From assembly GCA_965219535.1 (NCBI GenBank), contig CBDCNV010000002.1, forward strand, positions 1,410,001-1,442,000: 32,000 nucleotides of DNA, written 5' to 3'. Below are positions 6,186-14,237 of this stretch, piece by piece. The position numbers and the translations under genes are program-made. Below the pieces are notes generated by a model. That model was not told where the DNA came from. It ran no database searches and saw nothing but the letters and a program-made list of their open reading frames with translations. Source of the DNA: Opitutales bacterium. Its GTDB lineage: Bacteria > Verrucomicrobiota > Verrucomicrobiia > Opitutales > PNEW01. The number at the start of each line of letters is the position of its first letter. Within the stretch, counting starts at the first letter, position 1.

Positions 6186-9100
6186 TCCTCCTTCCATCCT
6201 AATCCTTGGATCGAGCCACATGAGCAAGAGGTCACTGACGAGGGTGCCTAAGACACCGAGCAGGCTGAGTACCATGAGCATCGATCCGGCCAGATACATA
6301 TCTTCTTTCATCAGGGCATCGAGCATTAAAGGCCCGACCGTTGGAAGGCTGAGCACCATCGCTACTATGGCGCCTCCTGAGATGAGTTGGGGAAAGATTC
6401 CACCGATGCTGGAAATGAATGGATTGAGCGCCAGGCGCACGGGATATTTCAGCAACAGCTTAAAGGGTCGCAGCCCCTTGGCCATCGCAGTAATGACATA
6501 AGGTTTTTTCAGCTCGTCCAACAGGTTACCGCGCATGACACGGATCATACCCGCGGTTCCAGTGACACCCAGAACGACAATCGGCACCCAGATGTGCTGC
6601 AACAAGTCGACAATCTTTCCTCGGGACCATCCAGGTTCAATCGCGTATTCGGGTGAAAATAGACCCGAGATATTAATCCCAAGATATTTCCCACTCCAAT
6701 AAAGTAGAATCAACGCAAGAAGAAAGCTGGGAATGCTCATCCCGATAAATCCGATCAAGGTGAAAAAATAATCACTCAAAGTATACTGGCGAACAGCTGA
6801 ATAGATGCCAATCGGCAAAGCGATCGCCCAGGTAAATAAAATCGTACCGAGTGAAATAAGAAAAGTGAGAAGGATGCGATCCCCAACCACTTCGTTGACC
6901 GTGTTCTGGTTCTCCATCGATAATCCCAGGTGACCCTGCAGTAAGCCCTGGTCTTTTTTTTCAAAGGAAGTAAACCAATTAAGGCCGAGCCAGTGCGCGT
7001 ATCGTTTAGCGATGGGCTTATCGAGGAGAAAGATCTCGCGCAGCTCTTCGATCTCATCGCTATTTATTTGACCTCCTTTTAATTGCAGCTCCAGGATTTT
7101 GGTCTCAATGAAATTCCCCGGAGGAAGCTGGATGATTACAAAAGAGATGACCGAGATGATAAGAAGGGTCGGGCCCAAAATGAGCAGCCGCCTTCCTATG
7201 TAGGGGTGCCTTACTCCAATCATTACCACTCCGCAGGTGAAAACACCGATAAATAAATACTTAATCAATTTTGCCAGGTGAATAACACTTTTCGATTTGC
7301 TCTTATCCTCCACTAGACCGTAAGGAGCGGGGGTTATTTCGAGTATTTCCTTTTTGATCTGAGCAACGGCTCCAGGTGATTCATCAGACTCTTCGAAGTA
7401 GTAGGTTTCTATTCCAGCCTGGGATGGCGGATTAAAGTAATTGCCATAGAATGCATTGCGCGGAATATTTTTAAAACCGTTTTTGACTACAACCGGGTGT
7501 GGTTGCGAGGTGCTTATATTGATCGACCAGACATTTTCCGCCGCAATGTCGAACACTTTATTGAAATGCTCACGTTGCGCTTCGCGCGTGGCCGCACCGA
7601 AAGCTGCTTCGGCTATTTCCATCGATCGCCTCATGGGATGATCGATCGGGGGCTCGATTCCTCCGAGTTGAGCAGCATCAGGATTGCCTGAAAGTCCACC
7701 TCTCAAATACCAGATATAGTAGCCGTATGCTTGGAGTCCCGTTAACCCGATAAAACGCGAGTATCCCAAAATAGGGTTGAATTCACTTTCTGAGGGCCAA
7801 ATGGAAAATTCCAATTGGCGTGATGTTTGTTTAAAGTAAAAAGAGAAAGCGCTGGCTGTTGTCGTATAGCGCGAATACCGACACGAGCCCAATCTTCAAT
7901 GATGAGCTCAGTCGGCCCTTCGAGCTCCCCCTCCGGGAGTGTAAAATTCCAGACCATGCGCGTACCATCCTTAAATGTGCGGTAGCCTCGCGCATCCCTA
8001 CCGGTTAGCCCTATCGCATCAAGCAGTTGATTGGCCCGGTCGGGCGCATAGTCGGTAAAGCTTTTATGTAATTTTTCATGGTGGAAAAACGATTCCCTCC
8101 CTGGTGATAACTGCGCGGGTTCCCCCACCCCATTGAATACGATGTCGATAATTTGCTGGCGATTGATGGCAAGGGAGAGCGCCTGGCGAAAGCGCTTGTC
8201 TATTAATAGATCATGTTTCATTTGGGTAACCGGATTATCAGGGTCGACCCTAAGATTTTGATTCGGATAGATGAGAAACCGCGAGCGTGTAGCAGGAAAC
8301 CAGTGATACACTTCATAGTCGTTTGTTTCGCGTTGTGACATGAGCAGGATATAGTTTAAATCCATACTTTCAAAAATCTTAAAGGTAATGGCCCCGTTGG
8401 CCGCTGCGATGGGAATCAAATTATAGTTTTTAACGTCGACAAATAATTGGTCCACATAGGGAAGCTGATTACCTTCGGTATCGACTGCCCAGTAGTAGGG
8501 ATTGCGGACAAATACCTGGGGAGGGTTGGCTTTATAAGTATGATATATCCAGGGCCATAGCCGTGGGTGTTCGGGATTGTTTGTTAATTTTAATATTACG
8601 TATAGGCTTCTACGCGATGGCAGTCTTCTCGCCTCGAGGGTAGCTTCGATGAGAGAATCATCACCGAGTTTCGGATGGTATTTTTCCAGGTAATGCCGCG
8701 GTGAGCAGAAATCACTGGATTTAGCCATGAAATCAAGAAACGATCCATAAGGTTGAGGAAAAATGAACTTTACGGTATAATCATCAATTTTTACAGTTTC
8801 TCCCACCTTTCCCCCCACTTTCATCCACTGGGGCGGTAAACTTCCCGGATATACAGGATCGGTTTCTCCATATAGACGGTAAAGGATATCGTCGGCAGTA
8901 AAAGGGTGACCATCGGACCACTTCATGCCTCGGCGCAAATAAAAAACCCATTCCCTCTTGTCGGGACTGGATTCCCAACCCTTGGCCACATGAGGCACAA
9001 TCGGGTAACCGAGCGGAGACCAGCGAACAAGTGTGGAACCTGAAGAGAAGGAAACAATTTTACGTATATCATTTTGTGATCCTGCCACTTCAAACCAGGT

Positions 9101-9463
9101 GCCGCCATAGCTACCGATACCTTCCACACCTTTAAACACTACCGGCTCGGGTCCTACCCGCTCTGCCACCAGGGGTAATTTGCCCTCGGCTACAAGTTCA
9201 GATAAGAGGGGTGACTCGGCTTGTGGATACCACGACGCGGTTTTCCCTTCACTGTAATCAACATCCAGCTGAATTTTGAAAAGATCATTTTCGGTGAAAC
9301 TCACATCTCTAGAATTTTCTATAAATTCAATTTCTTCCGGGTCATAGTAAATGGGTTCCTCTTCCAGATCCGGTTTTAGGATATCACTCCAAAGATAAAG
9401 AAATCCGAAAAAACAAAAACCCGTGAGGAGGAGGAGAAGGAAGGTTTTTAAAATTTTAATCAT
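6177..9463 (-). pseudogene. Frameshifted tandem paralogue of the fused SBP-permease gene
   Basis: ORFs 7742..9463 and 6177..7892 are collinear with the 1094-aa neighbour (roughly 75-80% aa identity by eye) but lie in different frames. The frame switch maps to the A5 run at 7838-7842 (T5 on the coding strand). Adding one T restores ...LFYFKQTSRQLEFSIW..., matching ...LFSAEQNSRQVEISIW... in the paralogue. The 3287-nt span is not a multiple of 3. This could be a real pseudogene, a homopolymer sequencing error or a slippage site. Confidence 0.8.
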
Positions 9464-9494
9464 CTAAAGGAATAAGCTCATCATGGGATGAATT

Positions 9495-9520
9495 CAGTGA
9501 ACAGTAAACAGTGAACAGTG
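9495..9520 (+). repeat. A module upstream of SBP-permease gene 2
   Basis: CAGTGAACAGTAAACAGTGAACAGTG. An inverted partner lies at 9740-9770. Confidence 0.85.
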
Positions 9521-9662
9521 AGAAAGTAGTGTCTAAGGTCAAAGGTCGGGGATGAATGGATGGTAGGAATGATGGAAGATTGAAATTCCCTTCGGTTCAA
9601 CACCAATTCTCCATACTTCCATACATCCAATATTCCATTTAAACCGCTGAACGGTGAGTCTA

Positions 9663-9686
9663 GGGTACAGCCCGACATCTTCCACC
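9663..9686 (+). repeat. G-element copy 5 (5' flank diverged)
   Basis: GGG-tacag-CCC GACATCTTCCACC, with TCTA in place of CCGA. Confidence 0.6.
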
Positions 9687-9694
9687 CTGAATTT

Positions 9695-9770
9695 CCTTAA
9701 CCTAAATCTTAACACTTAAAACGCGCGAAAACGCTTCCCCACTGTTCACTGTTTACCGTTCAATGTTCAC
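9695..9770 (-). repeat. Composite A-H-D module copy 4 (inverted)
   Basis: Reverse complement reads GTGAACATTGAACGGTAAACAGTGAACAGTGGGGAAGCGTTTTCGCGCGTTTTAAGTGTTAAGATTTAGGTTAAGG. Confidence 0.8.
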
Positions 9771-9780
9771 TAATTTTCTT

Positions 9781-9807
9781 CCTTTTATGACCTTTTGACT
9801 TTTTGAC
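9781..9807 (-). repeat. B module
   Basis: CCTTTTATGACCTTTTGACTTTTTGAC, followed by hairpin GCGCGC-tgat-GCGCGC. Confidence 0.8.
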
Positions 9808-9823
9808 GCGCGCTGATGCGCGC
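9808..9823. repeat. GC hairpin GCGCGC-tgat-GCGCGC
   Basis: Perfect 6-bp stem next to a B module. Confidence 0.7.
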
Positions 9824-9945
9824 TTGTGCTATATTTTTAATATATACCGTGATAAATTGTATAAATGCGATTGAGCATATTATTAAAATATGAATAATAA
9901 ATTAGATGTGTTTTTCAATTTCACCAACTAACTGATTTTTTACCC

Positions 9946-10827
9946 ATGTCTGAATATTCATTATCTGAGAAACAGATCAATCGGTATCAATCAGAAAGCC
10001 ACCTGGTGATTCCGTCGGTGTTTGGCAAAGACGTATTAGGGGAAATTGATCAAACAATTCGCGACTTGACCGACCAGGCCATCGAATCGGGTCAAGCGGA
10101 TAAAATCATGGAGCTGGAACCTCAACAGGTGAATGGTCATTACGTGCCGCGACGTATTTATAACCCGTTTGATCAGCATGAATGTTTTCGGAAACTGGCA
10201 ACCGACGATCGCATTATGGACCGTATCGGATCACTGATCGGCCCAAACATTGCATTGCACCACAGTAAGTTGAATATGAAGCCGGGGAAAGTCGGCTCAG
10301 TAGTCGAGTGGCATCAGGACCTGGCGTATTTTCCTCATACCAACGACGACCTGGTGACGACGCTGATCTATCTCGATGATGCTACGGAAAAAAACGGCTG
10401 CCTTCAGGTGCTGCCACGCCAACATACTCATCACTTCGATCACCGCTTACCTGACGGCAAGTTTGCGGGCATGATCACTGAATCGATCGACGAGAATCAA
10501 TTTGGAAAACCGGTCGCTCTGGCCGCGGAAGCAGGCAGTATAATTTTAATGCATGTCAACACACCGCACAGTTCGCTCCCGAATACTTCCGACAAGCCCC
10601 GCCGTACAATAATTTTTGAATACCGTGCCGCAGACGCGTTCCCGATTTACTCCGGTATTTATGTCCACGAATTAGAGATGCACGCCCATCATCTTCGCGG
10701 TGAACGATCACTTCATGCCCGTTTTGGTAATCTCGTGCCTATGATCCCGGACATTCCAGGAGACGCTCAAAAGAAGTCCCTTTACAAACTCCAGGAAGAA
10801 GCACGATCCCAACAAGAGGCATCTTAA
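9946..10827 (+). CDS. Phytanoyl-CoA dioxygenase (PhyH) family Fe(II)/2-oxoglutarate oxygenase, paralogue 1
   Basis: 293-aa ORF with HxD iron motif VEWHQDLAYFPH and distal His region ILMHVNTPHSSLPNTSDKPRR, typical of the PhyH family. Confidence 0.85.
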   Translation: MSEYSLSEKQINRYQSESHLVIPSVFGKDVLGEIDQTIRDLTDQAIESGQADKIMELEPQQVNGHYVPRRIYNPFDQHECFRKLATDDRIMDRIGSLIGPNIALHHSKLNMKPGKVGSVVEWHQDLAYFPHTNDDLVTTLIYLDDATEKNGCLQVLPRQHTHHFDHRLPDGKFAGMITESIDENQFGKPVALAAEAGSIILMHVNTPHSSLPNTSDKPRRTIIFEYRAADAFPIYSGIYVHELEMHAHHLRGERSLHARFGNLVPMIPDIPGDAQKKSLYKLQEEARSQQEAS

Positions 10828-10845
10828 AAGAGCGGTTGATTAGGA

Positions 10846-10875
10846 GTCGAAAGTCAAAGGTCGAAAGTCGAAGGT
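10846..10875 (+). repeat. C module 3' of PhyH paralogue 1
   Basis: GTCGAAAGTCAAAGGTCGAAAGTCGAAGGT. Confidence 0.85.
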
Positions 10876-10957
10876 AGAGATCAAAAAAAGAGAAAGTCAG
10901 AAGACCAGACAACCGGTTCAGCAGTTCTTCACTGACGCTCTCGACACTTCACTTTCC

Positions 10958-11010
10958 CACTTAACACCTAAAACTTAAAACCTAAAACGCGCGAAGCCGC
11001 TACTTCGCGC
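10958..11010 (-). terminator. Hairpin + U-rich tract 3' of the adenylate-kinase-like gene
   Basis: GCGCGAAG-ccgcta-CTTCGCGC (10989-11010, 8-bp stem) starts at the stop codon. On the transcript it is followed by GUUUUAGGUUUUAAGUUUUAGGUG (the GTKTTAR heptamer array). Confidence 0.5.
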
Positions 11011-11630
11011 TATGTCGTCTGCGGCACGGGGTTCGCGATCTCATCGCGGACTATATTGATGATGGAGAAGACAACGTCGATGGGAACTTTAGTGGCGTCG
11101 ATAGGACGGATCAAGTGATCCGGGTAGTAGGACAGGATAGGTTCCGTCTCTTCTTTGTACTCTTGAAAGCGGCGCTGGATGATATCATCGCGGGCGTCGT
11201 CGAGCCGGTTGTCGTGCAGGGCACGTCGGCGGATGCGTTCAATCAGTCTCTCCTCTTCCGCCGCCTCTAATAAAAAGACCAGAGTGACGTCGATATGCTC
11301 TTCCATCATTTCGGCTTGATGTTTATTGCGAGGAATGCCGTCGAGAATCAGGATCTCTTCCTCGGGACGAAAGTGATTCGTATGAGCCAGCTTGTGTATG
11401 TGCTCAGACCACAGACGAACAGTAATATCATCGGGCACGAGAAGACCCTGGCTTGAGTACTTGAGGAAAAATTTTCCCAACTCACTTTGATGATTCAACC
11501 GACGATAAACTTCTCCGCAAGAGAGATGAAAAAAACCAGGCAGTGCACCCAGCGATTTGCCCTGGGTTCCTTTTCCGGATCCGGGTTTACCTACTAAAAG
11601 TATCGTTCTGTAACGTTTGTCTTCAGCCAT
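11010..11630 (-). CDS. Adenylate kinase-like nucleoside monophosphate kinase (short type, orphan location)
   Basis: P-loop GKPGSGKGTQ, LVPDD, ILDGIPR and RLDDARDDIIQRRF segments match the short-form adenylate kinase layout. Not in a ribosomal-protein/secY context, so it may be a paralogue rather than the housekeeping adk. Confidence 0.7.
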   Translation of the reverse strand: MAEDKRYRTILLVGKPGSGKGTQGKSLGALPGFFHLSCGEVYRRLNHQSELGKFFLKYSSQGLLVPDDITVRLWSEHIHKLAHTNHFRPEEEILILDGIPRNKHQAEMMEEHIDVTLVFLLEAAEEERLIERIRRRALHDNRLDDARDDIIQRRFQEYKEETEPILSYYPDHLIRPIDATKVPIDVVFSIINIVRDEIANPVPQTT

Positions 11631-11664
11631 GTCCTGATTGTGTAATTTTGATTAAACCCCTACT

Positions 11665-11694
11665 ATTATAATGAACATAGCATAGGCCAGTCTA
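11665..11694 (-). promoter_or_regulatory. Possible sigma70-like promoter of the adenylate-kinase-like gene
   Basis: On the minus strand: TAGACT (11694-11689), an 18-nt spacer, then perfect TATAAT (11670-11665), about 35 nt upstream of the ATG. The promoter grammar of this organism is unknown, so this is weak. Confidence 0.25.
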
Positions 11695-11711
11695 AAATCA
11701 ATGAAAGTCGG

Positions 11712-11732
11712 TTCGCTTCCATAGGAAGCGAA
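11712..11732 (-). terminator. Hairpin TTCGCTTCC-ata-GGAAGCGAA between the IS end and the adk-like promoter region
   Basis: Perfect 9-bp stem. In the minus direction it is followed by CCGACUUUCAUUGAUUUUAG (moderately U-rich). The function is a guess. Confidence 0.3.
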
Positions 11733-11737
11733 AGCGA

Positions 11738-11768
11738 GGGTTCAGGGTTCAGGGTTCAGGGTTCAGGG
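11738..11768 (+). repeat. CAGGGTT heptamer array (E module) = G-quadruplex-type motif (GGG-TTCA)x4-GGG
   Basis: GGG runs at 11738, 11745, 11752, 11759 and 11766. The IS left end starts within or at the last run. Confidence 0.9.
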
Positions 11769-13141
11769 TACAACCAGGACATGGTTTACAGATTTAGATC
11801 AAGACATGGTTTACACTTTGTGAGGGATGCTGAACGGTAATCGGGTTATATAGTTAAGTTAATGTTATGCGGTTTTAGAGGTTTGGCTGGCATTGTTGGG
11901 GCCGCAAGCGGCCCCAATGAAAGCAGCCGTTGAAAGGTCAATCTGACCGATTCTGAGAGTGGCAAAGTAAACATCGAAGTGTACCGTGTCTAGTGGTTTT
12001 AGTCCAACGCTCCAACCGGCGAGGGCGGTGGAGATAGGAATCTGGAAGCCATCGAGTTTGATAGACCCGCTTTTTGAGACCCGGCGAGTCATCAAATCAT
12101 AGCTGATATCGGCAGGAGTGCCACCGTAAGGATGAGAGCTGTGCTGATAGATTTCAGAGGGCGTGCTCATGGCAAGAGCCGCATGGGGGCGTTCTTCATT
12201 GAAGGTCTTGCGCCACAGATCGAAGGCCACCTGTTGGGTGCGAAGATCGTCCTGGGCATGTTTTTGCAACTCCTCTTTGATATCGCGATGGAGACGCTCA
12301 TGGGCACCGTTATCCTGGGGTTTACCCGGACGTCCACGCTCGAGATTGATCCCTAAGGCCAGCCACCAGGCCGCCAGTTTGCTCAGGCCCAGGACCGCAT
12401 TGGCACTGGCAAAGGGACTGCCGTTGTCGCTGCGGATGCAAGCGGGAAGTCCATAGCGTTCAAAGAGTTTTGTGAAGCATTCACGCACCGCTTCGCTACG
12501 GGCTGAACTGAGCACCCGCACCTCTAATACATAGCGGCTCCATTCATCCCGTACCGTCAAAGGTTCACAACGGTTGCCATCAACGGTGTGCCACCACCCT
12601 TTGAAGTCTACGCTCCACACTTCGTTACAGCCACTGGCCTTGACGCTGCGGTAAAGGCGTCCGCTTTTTTGAGCGCTTCTGCGCCGACGCTTTTGCACCA
12701 GTCCCGCACGTTCCAAGACCCGTTTCACGCTCGAGTCTGAGGGGGCCTTCCCGTAACGCCTCTGGTAAAGCTCGCGGATCTTGTAGGGGCCCCACGTCGG
12801 GTGATGATGCTTGAGTTTGATCAGCGTACATACTACTGATTCGGATAGTTCCTGAACACTTCCATGCGGTCGGCGTGAGCGCTCGTGCAACCCCTCCATC
12901 CCTTCGCTCAGGAAGCGCTTCTTCCATTTATACCCTGTCGGTCGGCTGATCCCGTAGTCTTCACACAGCTCGTTCATCTTTACTCCCGGTTGCATCGATT
13001 CCAGGGCGAATTGGTATCTTTGGTCCATTTTATTTGTTTCCTTCCATGACATCATACCCCTTACTTAGCATCCTTCTTTCTTTGGCAATCTGTAAAGGAT
13101 GTCCTGAACCTTTTGTGTAAAGAATGTCTTGAACCTATACC
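11767..13141 (-). mobile_element. IS481-like insertion sequence, complete copy (about 1375 bp)
   Basis: The left boundary is defined by where identity with the second copy begins (11767 = 31273). Imperfect terminal inverted repeats: GGTACAACCAGGACATGGTTTACAG (left) vs the reverse complement of the right end, GGTATAGGTTCAAGACATTCTTTACAC. Each end carries two 17-nt motifs CARGACATNNTTTACAS (11775-11791, 11800-11816, 13090-13106, 13115-13131). No clear target-site duplication seen. Confidence 0.8.
11865..13055 (-). CDS. IS481-family-like DDE transposase (HTH + rve integrase core)
   Basis: 396-aa single ORF. N-terminal HTH (ELCEDYGISRPTGYKWKKRF). DDE-type core segments WSVDFKGWW, IRSDNGSPF, HERLHRDIKEE. 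The true start may be the internal Met at MDQRY. Confidence 0.85.
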   Translation of the reverse strand: MMSWKETNKMDQRYQFALESMQPGVKMNELCEDYGISRPTGYKWKKRFLSEGMEGLHERSRRPHGSVQELSESVVCTLIKLKHHHPTWGPYKIRELYQRRYGKAPSDSSVKRVLERAGLVQKRRRRSAQKSGRLYRSVKASGCNEVWSVDFKGWWHTVDGNRCEPLTVRDEWSRYVLEVRVLSSARSEAVRECFTKLFERYGLPACIRSDNGSPFASANAVLGLSKLAAWWLALGINLERGRPGKPQDNGAHERLHRDIKEELQKHAQDDLRTQQVAFDLWRKTFNEERPHAALAMSTPSEIYQHSSHPYGGTPADISYDLMTRRVSKSGSIKLDGFQIPISTALAGWSVGLKPLDTVHFDVYFATLRIGQIDLSTAAFIGAACGPNNASQTSKTA

Positions 13142-13144
13142 GGT

Positions 13145-13173
13145 TGGAAGATGTCGGGCTATGCCCTCGGTAC
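13145..13173 (-). repeat. G-element copy 6
   Basis: Reverse complement reads GTACCGA GGGC-ata-GCCC GACATCTTCCA. It starts 4 nt from the right end of the IS. Confidence 0.9.
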
Positions 13174-13175
13174 GA

Positions 13176-13202
13176 GTGTCGGGAAAATACCAGTAAACAG
13201 TG
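13176..13202 (+). repeat. M module
   Basis: GTGTCGGGAAAATACCAGTAAACAGTG. Confidence 0.8.
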
Positions 13203-13253
13203 GTGAATTGCGTATAATTCTAAACGGATTTTACTATCTTTCCCTGAACCCTG
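13196..13253 (+). repeat. Q module
   Basis: AACAGTGGTGAATTGCGTATAATTCTAAACGGATTTTACTATCTTTCCCTGAACCCTG, roughly 70% similar by eye to 28639-28702. Confidence 0.55.
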
Positions 13254-13281
13254 TACCGAGAGCGTAGCTCGACATCTTCCA
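13253..13281 (+). repeat. G-element copy 7
   Basis: GTACCGA GAGC-gta-GCTC GACATCTTCCA. Confidence 0.9.
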
Positions 13282-13299
13282 CCCTGAACCCTGAACCCT
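13282..13299 (-). repeat. E module (C-strand)
   Basis: CCCTGAACCCTGAACCCT. Overlaps the stop codon of the isomerase gene. Shorter CCCTGAACCCTG copies lie at 13242, 27099 and 27139. Confidence 0.8.
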
Positions 13300-14137
13300 A
13301 TCTCTTTATTCCCACCTCTTCAAAAGCACATGTCAGGGTTTTGTAGGATAGCTCGGCCGCGGCGAAGGGGTCGTAATCTGGGCGTCGTTGGGCCATAACG
13401 CTTACTTCGACGGTGATAAAATCATCGTACCCCGCGCTCTGCATCGCTCTTAGGTAGCTCACGTAATCAAATTCTCCTTCTCCAGGGATAAGGAATTCGT
13501 GGTCTGGGTGACGTCCTTTTTGGTCCTTAACGTGGGTATGCACAGAGTGGGGTGCTAAGAGGGAAACAGTTTCATCTATTGACATTCCGAGCACGTCAAA
13601 GTGGCTGATATCGAAGTTAATTTTAAAGTGTGGGGAACCAATCTTTTCTAAAAGCCAGAGAACTTTATCTGGGGTATCAAGGGCCATAGAAACATGGGGT
13701 TCCATCGCTATGGTAACACCTTTAGTCGAAGCGTGATCCACTATCTCCTTTGTTCTATTCAAAAGGAGGTCTTTGTCTTGATCCCACTTCGTCTCATTTC
13801 CTCCGGAACAAGTGTTAATCACCGGGGGCACCACACCGGGTTTTAACTCCAGGGCGAGGTCAATGGCTTTTCTTAGTTGGTCCATATTTTTTCTGAGGAT
13901 TCGGGGATCCTCCTCAAGAATACTATGATGGGCAGAAATTGCCGTTAATTCTAGATCGTGATCAATGATTAGCTGCTTAATCCTGCCCACCTCTCTATCG
14001 TCCAACTTATCCAGTTCCGTTGTATACCCCGGTATCACAGTCAATTCAAAACCATCATACCCCAATCCCTTAATACACCCGAGCGCCTCATCGATCGGAA
14101 CCTCCGGCATCCCCCAAGTACTATAACCCAGTTTCAT
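13298..14137 (-). CDS. Sugar phosphate isomerase/epimerase (xylose-isomerase-like TIM barrel)
   Basis: 279-aa ORF. The pattern MKLGYSTWG...GYDGFEL...AMEPH...INFDISH...HVKD is typical of the AP-endonuclease-2/xylose-isomerase-like TIM-barrel family. Confidence 0.8.
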   Translation of the reverse strand: MKLGYSTWGMPEVPIDEALGCIKGLGYDGFELTVIPGYTTELDKLDDREVGRIKQLIIDHDLELTAISAHHSILEEDPRILRKNMDQLRKAIDLALELKPGVVPPVINTCSGGNETKWDQDKDLLLNRTKEIVDHASTKGVTIAMEPHVSMALDTPDKVLWLLEKIGSPHFKINFDISHFDVLGMSIDETVSLLAPHSVHTHVKDQKGRHPDHEFLIPGEGEFDYVSYLRAMQSAGYDDFITVEVSVMAQRRPDYDPFAAAELSYKTLTCAFEEVGIKR

Positions 14138-14237
14138 CTATTCTCTTTTCAATGTCGCTTTTCACCTAACTCTTCCCGCATACACCCGTTTTCGCATTTA
14201 CTCGTTCACTTTTGGCTATGAATGCTCATAGCCAAAA

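Larger units (their letters stand above)
6177..9520 (-). repeat. Tandem duplication unit 2
   Basis: See unit 1. Exactly identical runs of 46 nt (2753-2798 vs 6261-6306) and 43 nt (5826-5868 vs the matching segment near 9336-9378) lie within otherwise diverged sequence. Confidence 0.9.

Noticed and set aside
6177-7892. ORF 6177..7892 as an independent permease gene.
   Set aside because: Its first 200 or so residues are the C-terminal part of the binding domain, collinear with the fused paralogue. The only start is a TTG with no ribosome-binding site. It is better explained as the downstream half of a frameshifted gene.
9551-9640. A GGAAT/GGATG-rich low-complexity segment proposed as another shared module with 20631-20662.
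   Set aside because: The two loci share only short words (AATGGATGG, ATGGAAGATTG) in a different order. The similarity is too weak to call a module from inspection alone.
11761-13148. A target-site duplication flanking the complete IS copy.
   Set aside because: The flanks GGTTCAG and GGTTGGA share only 4 of 7 positions, and shifting the boundaries by 1-3 nt does not give a convincing direct repeat.
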